A stretch of DNA of 64,000 nucleotides from an uncultured delta proteobacterium (lineage in GTDB: Bacteria; Myxococcota; Myxococcia; Myxococcales; Myxococcaceae). Of this stretch, positions 11,532 through 22,216 are shown in pieces. Location of the stretch: positions 1,184,001 to 1,248,000 of the forward strand of contig CAVQKE010000004.1 in the NCBI GenBank assembly GCA_963713045.1. The letters are read 5' to 3'. A program made the translations under genes and the position numbers. Within the stretch, counting starts at the first letter, position 1. The number at the start of each line of letters is the position of its first letter. Below the pieces are notes generated by a model. The model saw only the letters and a program-made list of their open reading frames with translations, searched no databases and was not told the DNA's origin.

Positions 11532-12602
11532 ATGTCCCATCATTTCGATACCAAACTGGCGAAGGAAGATCCGAGCCTCAACCTCTGCGACTTTTACTTG
11601 TTTGACGGCCCCCCGGGCAAGACGGTAATGGCGATGACCGTGAATCCGGATGTGGGATTATCGGCTCCGGATACGCTTCATCGAGAAGGGCTCTATGCGT
11701 TCCGGTTCGACCTGAATGGAGATGCGAGGGAAGAGGTTACGTTCAAGTTCAGGTTTGGTGAACCACGACACGGAGATGGCAGTGAGGATACTCACATTCA
11801 GTCGTTTGTGGTGCGGAAGGCGACGGGTGACGATGCTCTTTGTGGTGACGCCGGAGAGAGTCTGGTTCAGGGTGAAACCGGTTCGGTCGCGACTGGTTCG
11901 GATCTTCGTGCCTATGTTGGGATTGCTCCAGAGCTATTTGCGGCAAATGCTGGATTCCGCACATTTATGACTGCTTTCTATAAGGACCAGCGCTACGATG
12001 GGGACGCCCTTCTGCATCAGCAGAATCCTTTTGCGGGCCGGAATGTCACGGCGATTGTGCTGGAGGTGCCGAGCGAACTGATTGGGCAGGGAAAAATCAA
12101 CGCATGGGCGACGATCTCCCTCTTTGGCCATGCGCCGGAGGTACAAGTCTCGCGTTGGGGCCTGCCTATGGTTACGCATCTCTTCCTGAACGACCCGAGC
12201 GATCAAGAGGTGAAAGAACAATTCAATGCGTCGGTTCCCTCTGAAGATCTGGAGCGCTTCGCGAAGTCGATCGCGGATTTTGCCGAGAAGATGACGACCT
12301 ATGCCGGTTCGGCGACGGACCCGGATGAATACGGGAAGCGGATCGCTGCACGGCTTTGTCCCGACACGTTGCCTTACGAGCTTGGAACGTGCGCCGCATT
12401 TGAGGTGGCTAGCTTCAATGGACGCGCGCTCGGCGATGATGCGATGGATGTGATGTTGACGCTCGCGACCAACACGCCAATTGTCGATGGACTTGCTCCC
12501 GACCGCGGGCGCATTCGCAAGGATTTCCCGTATTATGGAGCGCCGTATACGGCGGAGGAGCAGGTCGGGGTGACGCCGATGCCGCGCCCGGCTAAGAAGT
12601 AG
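11532..12602 (+). CDS. DUF4331 family protein
   Basis: MSHHFD...DFYLF...VMAMTVNP, QVSRWGLP, NGRALGDDAMDVML, DFPYY; GGAGA RBS upstream. Confidence 0.85.
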   Translation: MSHHFDTKLAKEDPSLNLCDFYLFDGPPGKTVMAMTVNPDVGLSAPDTLHREGLYAFRFDLNGDAREEVTFKFRFGEPRHGDGSEDTHIQSFVVRKATGDDALCGDAGESLVQGETGSVATGSDLRAYVGIAPELFAANAGFRTFMTAFYKDQRYDGDALLHQQNPFAGRNVTAIVLEVPSELIGQGKINAWATISLFGHAPEVQVSRWGLPMVTHLFLNDPSDQEVKEQFNASVPSEDLERFAKSIADFAEKMTTYAGSATDPDEYGKRIAARLCPDTLPYELGTCAAFEVASFNGRALGDDAMDVMLTLATNTPIVDGLAPDRGRIRKDFPYYGAPYTAEEQVGVTPMPRPAKK

Positions 12603-12835
12603 GGGTCAGCTCAGGAAAGGGAAATTTACGTACGCTAAGGAGCGCTTTCTCCTCGTGGACTGGAGTGCGAATGCACTCAGAAGGAACGCTCAACCTCCAT
12701 CACAAGGCAGTTGGTCTTCCAGTACTGGTTTTGCCGTAAAACGAGCTGTAATCGAGTTCTGGAGCGTTTTAGTTTAGTTGGATGATTCTAGGAACGCCTA
12801 ACCGTACGTAAATTTCCCTTTCCTGAGCTGACCCC
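12602..12835. mobile_element. Tn3-derived MITE (234 bp)
   Basis: 38-bp TIRs GGGGTCAGCTCAGGAAAGGGAAATTTACGTACG(CTAAG/GTTAG); no coding capacity; flanks AAGTA and AAATC do not form a TSD. Confidence 0.85.
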
Positions 12836-12900
12836 AAATCCGACTTCACACGAATGTAGGGGTAGACCCAACACTCGTGTCACCAGCCGCAAAGTAGCGG

Positions 12901-15868
12901 TCAGTTTGCCACCACCTCCGCCGTTTCAATCGCCAATCGGGTGTTCATATCCAGAAGGAAAAGCCCGTACGGATTCACGTGCCCCCAAACTAACGGCGTA
13001 AGTCCCCGCTTATCCTCCGCTGTCATCCGGTCCGCCCAAGCTGACTCGCTCAGCACACGTTGGATCATCAGCGTGTTGATGTAAACCAGACTAACTTGTA
13101 GAAGGTGCAGTGCTAGCACAGTAATCTCTTGATCCTCGACGCGATTGGTAGCGATCTCGCCGCCCCGGCCATAAAGAATGAAGTCGTTGGCACTGTTCCA
13201 GTTCTCGACCACATTGAGCCCTTCGTGGATCTCGCGTCGCAATGAAAGCAAGTGTAAATAGCGGCACAGGAACGTCGTCTTTCGTGCTTTGCCCAACTCG
13301 GCAAGCGCTTTATAGGTAGGGTGCTGCACGTTGTTTCGGGTGAAGCGACGCAGAATGTCCTCAGGTTCGGCTGTGCCCAACCGCAGAGCGGTGGCATACT
13401 TCACCATCTCATCGTATTGCCGCTCGATGAGATCCCAGTCAATCGGGCGCGTCAACACGGACTGCAAGTTTGGATACGTATCGGGTCGGCCCGTTTCGGG
13501 CCGGTAGAGCTTCTGCGCGTGGAGGGCTTTGAGTCGCGGCAGCAGATGAAAGCCGAGCAGCCGGCAAAAGGCAAAGGCCACTTCACTCTGGCCGTGGCTG
13601 TCCACATAATTTTTCTCGATTTCCATCTCGGTGCAATGCCGTAGCACGCCCTCGATCATGGCCGCCACTTCCGACGAAGAGCAGGTCTTCAATTGCGAAT
13701 AGATGCAGGTGCTCTTACGCTCGACGTGCCAATAAATCATTACGCCGCGGCCACCGTAGCGCACGTGCCACTCGGTCATCAGGTTCTGGTCCCAGGCGGC
13801 AAATTTTTTCGAGTCCGAAGCACAGGCTGTGGTCGCCTCGCCCCAGATCTCCGGCAATCGGACGCGGAAGGTGGCATTGACAACACGAGTAATCGCCTCG
13901 CGTATGTGCTCCTTGGTAATGAAGCGTCGCCGGACATAGAGTAGGTCTTTGTAACGCGTATCCTGCTGGCCTGCGCTCATCCGCTTCAACCCAGTGTTTG
14001 TACCAAGCCCGTGCAAGCTCAGAAGGAGCCGCTCTCGCAGGATGTCGCGATCCAGGTTCTCGTACGCCGTGGGACTCCGGAAGACCTCCGTGAAGCCAAC
14101 TCGCAACTCGGTCTCCTTCAGAATATCGAGTAGGCTGGTCATCGGCCATCGTTGCCCGAGTTCTGTTTTGAGCGCTGTCAGGCCGACAGGTTCCGGTTGA
14201 GCCTCCAACGGTGAAAGCGAGATCCAGCCGTTTCCCTTTTCCAGAATCTTCACATGGGGATTCTTAGGCAGACCTCGGTTGAGCGTTTCCAGTGCTTCTT
14301 CCATCTCCTGTCGCACACCTGATGTGAAGGATTTCGCATCTTGCGGAAGTCGGAGCGCTTCGTAGTAGGCGCCACGCCGAATTTCGAAGTCCGCCGGAAG
14401 GTCCTCGTCGGGGTTGCGATACCGGTTGGCGCCGACCACCCAGATCTCTTTGCAACGCAATTGCTCGCGGAGGGCTTCGAGCGCGCAGATCTCATAGGTG
14501 ATGCGGTTAACGCGCGGAATGCCGTCCTTGTCTTTTTCCTGAATGGCCTCCTGCCAAAGTCCCCGAACGACGCCGTCGATGGGTATGTCTTCTTGCGGCG
14601 GAAAGGTCCGTATTTTGCTGTCAACATACTTCTTCAGCAATTCCAAAGCACGGATTACCGGGCGGTGCTGCTCATTGTTAGAGCGAAATTCCAACGTGGT
14701 CAGCAAGGGTGGCAATATCCGGCGAAAGTGGGAACGATAAGAGTTGCGAATCACCGCGCGGAGTTGTTGCCGATATACAGGTCCGGTTGCCTTCCATTCT
14801 CTAACCAGATCGCGCAAGGTCTGCTCATCGACCACGGGAAAGACGACTTCTCGCACAATGCCGTCGGGATGCTCCAGAGTGGCTTCTGCTAACTGAAATA
14901 AGAGATTGTTCTTGCCGGCCACGCGCTTGAGATCCTCGATCAGTTCGCGTTCGATGCGTTCCTCCGCCTTGGCGCCAATGCGGTGCACGGTGTCGATCAG
15001 CAAGTCGACAAGGTTGTCGGTAATTTCTTGGCCTCGCAAATGACAGTAGGCAGCCAGCAGTGTAGCCCGTAATGCAAGAGGGTGCCGTCGCAGCTCGTAT
15101 GGTTCTTCCGCGGACATCCTTTGGCGATAGCTTTTCAAAACTGTCGGCGACAAGGCTGCGAACAGATCTAGGGGCAGGAGCAAGGCGCGGACCTGTTCCA
15201 ATTTGGCGATCTCCGCGAGGACGGTCTCCAGACTGGCGCGGCCGGGATCGGCCCGAAGTTCCTGCAGCAAGCTGCGACCTGGCTCTTGGCCTTTCTCGTA
15301 AGATAACTGCTCCGAGGGTAGCAATAGAGCATCCAGTCGTGCCTGCGTACCAACCGGCAGGCGCGTTAGCAACGCCTCGCAAAACCTTTCCTCATGCTGG
15401 TGAATGGCAGAGCGGACGAGCCGGTCGATGCGGTCCTGGGTGGGCGGCTCGATGTGCAATGACCGGCACCGCTCCATCAAGGTGGCTTTCAGCCGATCCA
15501 TCTGACGATCCTGGTTCAGCACGTGTTCGCTCAGCCATGCTGCCAGCGCTTCGCCATCCTCGACGCTCGCCTCGCGAAAACCCAGGAGCGAACGGATCTG
15601 AGCGCGATGGTACTCAATGGAACGGCCTTGCCACTCATATTGAAGCCATTCGGCAGCGAGCACACCGACTTGGCGGGCGACGTATTCGACGGCGCGCTCT
15701 GGGACCTCTTGCGCATGCCGGGGAAAGCGGCCCCCGGCTTGGAAGAATTTTAGCAGAACGGCGAAACCCAGCCGAGTAGCGCCAGTCTTGTTGCCAAGAA
15801 ATTCCCTCTCGGTGGGCAGCAGGCTCCACTGCGCCGCCAACTCCTACAGTCGACCAATCATGCTTCAT
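12901..15868 (-). CDS. tnpA: Tn3-family transposase, probable frameshift near the N-terminus
   Basis: DUF4158 N-terminus ([12 protein letters not shown]), DDE core ([24 protein letters not shown]), [20 protein letters not shown] at 15868 is out of frame with LAAQWSLL at 15840. Candidate GGGG end at 12859. Confidence 0.9.
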
Positions 15869-15987
15869 CGAGGTGCGACCTTCCTTTTCGTTCTTGAAAC
15901 GGCGGATTGCGGGATGGGAACGCGCAGTATATCATTTCGCAGAATGGCTGAAAGGCGAAGTTAAGGCGGGCGAAAAGGCCCAATTCC

Positions 15988-16329
15988 ATGCCAAAGCAGG
16001 CGCGAAAGCGGACTCATTTCCTATCCGCGAACAAAAAGACGAAATCAGGTATCGTTTCCAAGATGGTCCGCCTGGCACGCAAAGAGCGCTTGAACTACGA
16101 CGACTTCCTTTACGTCTGCGAGCAGGTGCGCAAGAAGCAGGAGGGACTGCGGCGGCCCAAAAGGCAGCATAAGCTGCCGCAACTCCTTCCGGCGACTGTG
16201 CTGGCATTCTCGCCCCTGCGCGTGCAGCAAATTGTGCATCAGTATCGTCAACGGGCAGGTATTGCCCAACCTGTGCATCCGCATCTATTCTGTCTCTCTC
16301 AACATTTGAGGTGCGCTAGATGGCTTTGA
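15988..16329 (+). pseudogene. Tyrosine recombinase, internally deleted, divergent from tnpA
   Basis: KLPQLLP followed directly by SPLRVQQIVHQY...AGIAQPVHPHLF; the catalytic Arg region and C-terminal Tyr are missing. Confidence 0.65.
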
Positions 16330-16895
16330 CTGTGTATCAACTAAAGGTAGTCCTGCGAGACGTTAAGCCAGCAGTTTGGCGACGCGTCTTGGTTCCGGGT
16401 GACGCGACCATCAGGACACTTCACGAAACCGTGCAGGTGGCCATGGGTTGGGCAAATTGCCATCTGCACCAGTTTATCATTCACGGAAAGGAGTATGGTG
16501 TCGCTTACGAGGGCGGCATCAGCTTCGCCGATAATCCCGATAAGGTCAGACTCTCGGACTTTCGCTTCCAACCTCACGAAGGGTTCGAATACGTGTATGA
16601 TCTCGGCGACAACTGGGAGCATGACATTCGAGTAGAGAAAATCCTCGCATGGGACCCAGCGCGAGCATACCCGGTTTGCATTGGTGGAGCGCAGCCTTGT
16701 CCGCCAGAAGATTCCGGAGGCCCTTGGCTCTATATGTCTCTGCGGCGCACGAGAAAACCTCATAGAGGACATCGGAAAACGCGTTCACCTGGCAAGGCCA
16801 ATGATACTGAGGATCAGTTCGACGCGGACAGTGTCAACTTCCTCCTCCGTGATCTTCAGAGTGGCTGGCTGAGCAGGTTTGATGAGACCAAATGA
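16320..16895 (+). CDS. Plasmid pRiA4b ORF-3 family protein
   Basis: YQLKVVL...PAVWRRVLVP...LHETVQVAMGW..HLHQF, YVYDLGDNWEH, PPEDSGG. Confidence 0.9.
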   Translation: MALTVYQLKVVLRDVKPAVWRRVLVPGDATIRTLHETVQVAMGWANCHLHQFIIHGKEYGVAYEGGISFADNPDKVRLSDFRFQPHEGFEYVYDLGDNWEHDIRVEKILAWDPARAYPVCIGGAQPCPPEDSGGPWLYMSLRRTRKPHRGHRKTRSPGKANDTEDQFDADSVNFLLRDLQSGWLSRFDETK

Positions 16896-17420
16896 CACCT
16901 CCGCCCCAGGGCTTTTACTCTTCCTCGCCCTCTCGGGTGTCTTGGTACCGCACAATCGTTCTTCATCTGCAATCGATACAAAACTGACGCTTCACTCGAA
17001 AATCGAGGGAGTATGAAACGGTTTTCTGCAAGGTCGCGGATGGAAAGGCGCGCTGTCCATCGGAGTGAGTGATCGATCCTGTTCAAAAAAATGGACCCAG
17101 GAAGCTTGCCTCCAGCGGGGCTTTTTGCTCTCCATCTACAGGTATGAATCAAATGGGAGAGACTCGGTTCCGGAACTTTCTGGCGGATCAGCAGCTTCAC
17201 CATCCGAGCTCGATTCATGCCCGTGTTGTGCGAAGAGACGCTGCCTTGGTCATTGTGGTTGAGGTTTGAGCTCGAGGAGCGCGACCGCCTGCTGCTGGCT
17301 GTCTTACAGTTTCTCAGGCCGATAACCACCGCCGCTGCCTCGGATTCCAGGAAGGCTGCTTTCGCACGTCTGCGATAGTCGGCTATTGACGGGCTATCGG
17401 CTCAAGCATCAAACTAACCC

Positions 17421-17702
17421 ATGTCGCTACGTGATGTTTGCTATGCCCTTAATGTCTCGCTCGCAGCGTATCCTTACGACCATCAAGTCGTCGTGGAGGA
17501 GTTTCTTAAAGAAATGCATTGGCATCGCAAGCACGGGAACCTCAACGAACGCGAACAACGCGTAACAGATCGGCTAGTTGAACTGGCCGGGATATATCTA
17601 GCCTCCGCTACAGCGGCGAGATTAGCGGAGTTGCAAAGTGCTGCGGAAACAACCGAAAAGTTTTGTGATGGACGACTTTCCGGTAAGGCCGACAAAGAGT
17701 AA
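17421..17702 (+). CDS. Hypothetical protein
   Basis: 93-aa ATG ORF with protein-like composition; no family recognised. Confidence 0.45.
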   Translation: MSLRDVCYALNVSLAAYPYDHQVVVEEFLKEMHWHRKHGNLNEREQRVTDRLVELAGIYLASATAARLAELQSAAETTEKFCDGRLSGKADKE

Positions 17703-18181
17703 CGGTCGAAGAGGGTAAGATTGTGATCCGATGAACGATCCTTACCGGTGTCGAATTTCACAGTAATCCCACTTTGCGCATCTGACCGTGCCTACTTTGC
17801 GGCTGGTGACACGAGTGTTGGGTTTACCCCTATTTCGATCTTTTGCGGTTGCCTGTCGGACCGCCAGAACTGGAGACGCGTGTTCGCAAAAGAAAAGAAT
17901 AACCGCATTTACCAGAATGCCAACAAACACCATCTCGACCTTAAAAACAAATATTTTCTTCTCCTCCGCGCTTTCGGCGTCCGGGGTATCGCTCTCGCCA
18001 ACAAAAAATCTATGGAATACATGTCCAATGGTTCTCATGGACCAGGATCAGTCCTCGTTAGTTAGCCTCCCAAACTGTGAACAGTTTTACTGCAGGTAAG
18101 AAACTGTGGATTTGGTGTGGCCGCGCTGAGATTGTAGCTGCGATTTGAGATCGGAAGCTATGACCGAGCGCCCATTGGAGC

Positions 18182-18345
18182 AGATGCCCGATAGTTAGCC
18201 TGGTTCTGAGTTTTTTCGGTTACTGCATTAGTGACATTGGGCCGGGCCCTTTGACAACCCGACCCAATGATCCTGTTTAGGAGATTTCCCAGATCTGACC
18301 GACTCGGCCGATCTCGAATCACTGAACTTCAAACTGGAGCAAGAT
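18182..18345 (+). ncRNA. Candidate IS110 bridge RNA
   Basis: About 165-nt non-coding left end with a stem (CATTGGG...CCCAATG) and segments matching the predicted circle junction (TTAGGAG 18277-18283; ATCTG 18293-18297). Confidence 0.55.
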
Positions 18346-19722
18346 ATGCCGAAGAAATCATCAAATAAAGCCAAAAGCCAGCGCAGCCGAGAGCGGGCTT
18401 TACTGCAGAAAGTGCACCTCAACGCTGCCGGAATCGACGTCGGAGCCGATGCCCATTGGGTGGCGGTGCCTGAGGATCGGGATGGATATCCGGTGCGTAG
18501 CTTCGGGGTATTTACCCGCGATCTGATCGCGCTGTGCGACTGGCTCAAAAGATGCCAAGTCGAGACGATTGTCATGGAATCGACAGGAGTTTATTGGATT
18601 CCCCTTTATCAAATGCTGGAGCGAAAAGGCTTTGAGGTTCGCCTAGTCAACGCTCACCAGGTCAAGAATGTTCCGGGACGCAAGACGGATGTCAAAGACT
18701 GCCAATGGCTGCAACAACTCCACACTTTCGGAATGCTGGGAGGCTCGTTTCGTCCACAGGCCCAGATGTGTGTGGTGCGCAGCTACCTCCGCCTGCGAGA
18801 TACTCTGAGCAAGGATTGCAACAGTCTGGTGCAACGCATGCAGAAGGCTTTGACAGAGATGAACGTCCAACTCCACCGAGTCATCAGTGACATTACCGGG
18901 GTGACTGGAATGAGTATTTTGCGGGCTATCCTTGCCGGCGAACGGGACTGCCTCAAGCTGGCCCAGCTTAAGCATCCCCAAATCAAGAGCAGCGCCCAAG
19001 ACATTGCCAAAGCGTTGGAAGGTGATTATTGCCAGGAACACCTCTTTGCCCTGGAGACGGCGCTGGAACTTTACGACAGCTATCAGCTCAAAATCATGGC
19101 GTGCGATCGACACGTCCAAGACGCCCTCAGTGCTTTTGAACCTAAAGCGAGCGCGCCAGTGCCGGACTTGAACCGGATGCGCTCTGCTGAAAAGCGGCAA
19201 GAAGCACTCCGGCGTCATCACCTTGAGGAAATGACAGGGGCTGACCTGACGAAGTTACCCGGGCTGGACTTGTTGGCAGTCGAAAGGATTCTCTCCGAAA
19301 TCGGTCTCGATATGAGCCGTTGGCCCAGCGAAAAGCATTTTTGCGCTTGGCTCAATGTCGCTCCTAACAATCGCATTAGTGGAGGCAAAATCCTTTCCAG
19401 TAAACCGCGCAAAAATGCCAATCGCGCGGCGGCGGCCCTGCGCCTGGCTGCTCAAAGCGCTATGCAAAGTAAAACTGCCATCGGTGCTTTTATCCGACGC
19501 ATTAAAATCCGTCTTGGAGCACCGACGGCCATCAATGCCGGGGCTCACAAACTCGCCCGCTTGGTGTATCGTATGCTCAAGTTTGGCAAGGCTTACGTCG
19601 AAACCGGCCAGGAAGCTTATGAAAAGCTCTTCAAAGACCGTACGCTCCGCAATCTCCAGCGCAAGGCCCGCGAACTTGGATTCCAAGTCACTCCCATAAC
19701 CGCCGCCGTTCTAGTTTCTTAG
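18346..19722 (+). CDS. IS110-family transposase (DEDD)
   Basis: AAGIDVG, VMESTGVYW, KTDVKDC, ISGGK motifs; 458 aa. Confidence 0.95.
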   Translation: MPKKSSNKAKSQRSRERALLQKVHLNAAGIDVGADAHWVAVPEDRDGYPVRSFGVFTRDLIALCDWLKRCQVETIVMESTGVYWIPLYQMLERKGFEVRLVNAHQVKNVPGRKTDVKDCQWLQQLHTFGMLGGSFRPQAQMCVVRSYLRLRDTLSKDCNSLVQRMQKALTEMNVQLHRVISDITGVTGMSILRAILAGERDCLKLAQLKHPQIKSSAQDIAKALEGDYCQEHLFALETALELYDSYQLKIMACDRHVQDALSAFEPKASAPVPDLNRMRSAEKRQEALRRHHLEEMTGADLTKLPGLDLLAVERILSEIGLDMSRWPSEKHFCAWLNVAPNNRISGGKILSSKPRKNANRAAAALRLAAQSAMQSKTAIGAFIRRIKIRLGAPTAINAGAHKLARLVYRMLKFGKAYVETGQEAYEKLFKDRTLRNLQRKARELGFQVTPITAAVLVS

Positions 19723-20299
19723 GAGCTTGCGTTGCCATTGCAGCTAGGAGACCTCTGTAGTCGGCTGGGCTAGCTTCCAATGCCGACAGCGCCCAATAAA
19801 CCCTCTGCACGGCTTCGAGATACTCTGCGGTCAACTCAAGTTTGCCCGACTCCGCTCTTTCCAGGATGTCCTCAGGCAGTCCAGATATACGAGACAACTC
19901 GCCGACGCTAATCTGCTTCTCTTCACGAATCTGCGTCATTGGAGAGCCGAAGTTAGGATACGGCTTGCTTAGGCGTTGATCTACGATGCGTCTGTAATCG
20001 GCATCGCTGGCTTGATCCGTTAACAAAGTCCAGTAAACGTCCCGCAGATCATTAAATTCTTTGTCTGTCATTTCAAACCTGCCCGACTCGGCTTCTCCCA
20101 GCGTATCCTCACGCACACCCGATAGAACAGAGAGACCTTGAATCGTAAGCCCCCTCTTCTTACGAATTTGTCTCAAGATGGAGCCGAATCTGAGGTATAA
20201 CTTACTTAGGCGTTCAGGATCATTTCTCTCTGCGGATCGTACCTGGCTCAATGTATCCGCGAAGGCTAGGGGTAGTATTTTAGCGATTTTTAATCTCAT
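19688..20299 (-). CDS. Tandem XRE-type HTH protein, C-terminus altered by IS110
   Basis: Two repeats of FGS..QIR......LS..SG.....L..AESG..E.T......VYW.L. Confidence 0.75.
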   Translation of the reverse strand: MRLKIAKILPLAFADTLSQVRSAERNDPERLSKLYLRFGSILRQIRKKRGLTIQGLSVLSGVREDTLGEAESGRFEMTDKEFNDLRDVYWTLLTDQASDADYRRIVDQRLSKPYPNFGSPMTQIREEKQISVGELSRISGLPEDILERAESGKLELTAEYLEAVQRVYWALSALEASPADYRGLLAAMATQAPKKLERRRLWE

Positions 20300-20375
20300 T
20301 ATGATATTTCATGTCGATTGTTTACGGCGCTCGCGACAGTCAAGCCGTGATCATTTGCGACTACCTTTTCGGCTT

Positions 20376-21280
20376 TCATTGCCGCCAGAGTTGTTCCTCG
20401 CGAGCCCACTGGGCTGCCTGACCGTCTTGGCCGCAGAGGTCGGAGATTTTTCGCCGCAGGGTTTTGACCTCCGGTAGCCGATCCAAGCCCAATAGTTTGC
20501 CCCACTCGCCGGGAGACAGGTAACGGCTCTGCTCCAGCGAACGGCAACGCACCAGCGCCAGCAGAGCCAAGGCCAAAAAGATCGACTCCAACGGGTAGAA
20601 TCCCGGTCGCAGCCTGTAAAAGGCGCGCGTGTGGCGCAAGAGCCCTTCAGCCAAAAGAGCCGGCAACGCGCACAAAACCCCGCCATTGGGCACATCATCG
20701 GCAGCAACGAACTCCAATTCCGCGCTGGTCAATAACCCGCAGGAGGCCAGTACCCGCTCCAGCGGCCGCGTCGTGCCATAACCCATCTCGGCTTGGCTAT
20801 CGGCCAACGAACGATCACTAAGCGTGCTCGCCTCGGACCTCTCTCCATCGCGCAGCCCTGCCCCGACTTGCCCACCACCGACCCGAGCCCTCTCTTTAAT
20901 GGCCGCAGCAGACGAGACGCCGCGCTCTAGTGCGCAGCCTTGAGCTGACTCGGCACTATCTACTGCGCTCCCGTTTTTTTTACTGCCGGCAGACGTCCCG
21001 CATTGATCGCCTTGCGCAAGGTATCCGACAGTACCCCCGTCTGCGCACTGACCACCGGCAGCGGATGACCCTGCACCAATAAAGCGCGGGCTTGCTCGAG
21101 TTTTTCTGCATTGAGCTTCGAGCCTTCACGACGCCGTGCAGGCACGAAAAAGCTTGCTGGCCCTCGTTCACGATAGAGCTTGGTGGCCCGCCTAATGGCC
21201 ACCAACGGCACACCGAAGGCCTCCTGGCGTGCCGTTACCCACTCACCGGCCGGCAACGTCTTTATCGCAGCTCTCTGATG
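20376..21280 (-). pseudogene. Remnant of a two-ORF putative transposase element
   Basis: HTH-like piece (AFGVPLVAIRRATKLYRERG) followed by MGYGTTRPLERVLA...GGVLCALPALL...GEWGKLLGLDRLPEVKTLRRKI; truncated. Confidence 0.55.
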
Positions 21281-21543
21281 AGCCGCTCGTAGTTGTCGTG
21301 TGACCCGATCCAAAACCAGATCACAATGTCGTTCGCCAGCACGCCAAGAACGCGGCAGTCACGCGTGACGCGAGCCGAGCAAAGCTGGTTGCCGTCGGCA
21401 AGCCGTTTGATCGCCTTGAATTTGACGCTTGCCGGATCGGCAACGAACAGTCGATAGCTTTCCCTCGCTTTCGCTCTTATGCCGGGCGGTAGATGTCGAT
21501 ACGTGTCGAAAAATTTCGAGCTGAGAGCCGAACCGAGTTTCAC
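21262..21543 (-). CDS. RelE/ParE-like toxin
   Basis: F...YRHLP..IR..A...YRLF..DP...KFK...SARV...RVLG......WFWIGSHDNYER; GTGA overlap with the upstream gene. Confidence 0.75.
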   Translation of the reverse strand: MKLGSALSSKFFDTYRHLPPGIRAKARESYRLFVADPASVKFKAIKRLADGNQLCSARVTRDCRVLGVLANDIVIWFWIGSHDNYERLIRELR

Positions 21544-21737
21544 GGGAGCTGGATGCACTTCCCTTCGCGATAATCGCGCAGCGCTTCTTCCGCCAGTTGA
21601 TCCAATTTCCCGGCGTCGGCGTCGGCTTCAATCTGTCGGTCCCATGCCTGTTCCCGCGCCTCCACGAGTTCTTCAAACTCTTTATCGGACAGGTGCACGA
21701 CAACGTCTTTGAGTTGCTCCAGTGTAATTGCGGCCAT
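21540..21737 (-). CDS. Putative antitoxin
   Basis: Small acidic protein with WDRQIEADADAGKLDQLAEEAL, directly upstream of and coupled to the toxin. Confidence 0.75.
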   Translation of the reverse strand: MAAITLEQLKDVVVHLSDKEFEELVEAREQAWDRQIEADADAGKLDQLAEEALRDYREGKCIQLP

Positions 21738-22216
21738 TGTTATTTGTTTTGATTTTACCACGCTTTTCGCCCGTCATCGAGCGTTCAGACTGGCATCCAC
21801 GCTTAGGTTTTGGGCCATAATCCGCTTGGTGCATCACGTTCTCCAGAGCAGACGTCCTTGTGTTGCTCATCCGATAATGCGCAAAGCATTTGATGATGAT
21901 GCAATTACCTAATTACCAGTATCTTACGCAGAAATACGAATGACGATAACCGGTCGGAACGCAGGTTATGCAGGACAATGGATTAGGCGAGGCTAAATGT
22001 GTTTGCGTGTTACTTTCCAAATCATTTGGCTTCTTTTTTCCCGCTCTATTCGGCGTGACACGAGTCGTGCCGGCCAGATCTCCCGCGGCAAATGCTGGGC
22101 GCCATCCCATTCCAATGCGTCAAATAGCGTGGAAAATCGCACGCCATTAACGTGGAAATTCACTCTTATGAGACATGAATCTAAGTATTGTACGTGCTTT
22201 CACCGGGTCTGTGATT

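Larger units (their letters stand above)
18177..19726 (+). mobile_element. IS110-family element
   Basis: GGAGC core repeated at 18177-18181 and 19722-19726; removing the element gives the neighbouring HTH gene a nearby stop (...TQAPMGARS*). Confidence 0.75.

Noticed and set aside
16900..18100. Several overlapping 60-160 aa ORFs
   Set aside because: No recognisable motifs; apart from 17421-17702 they cannot be supported.
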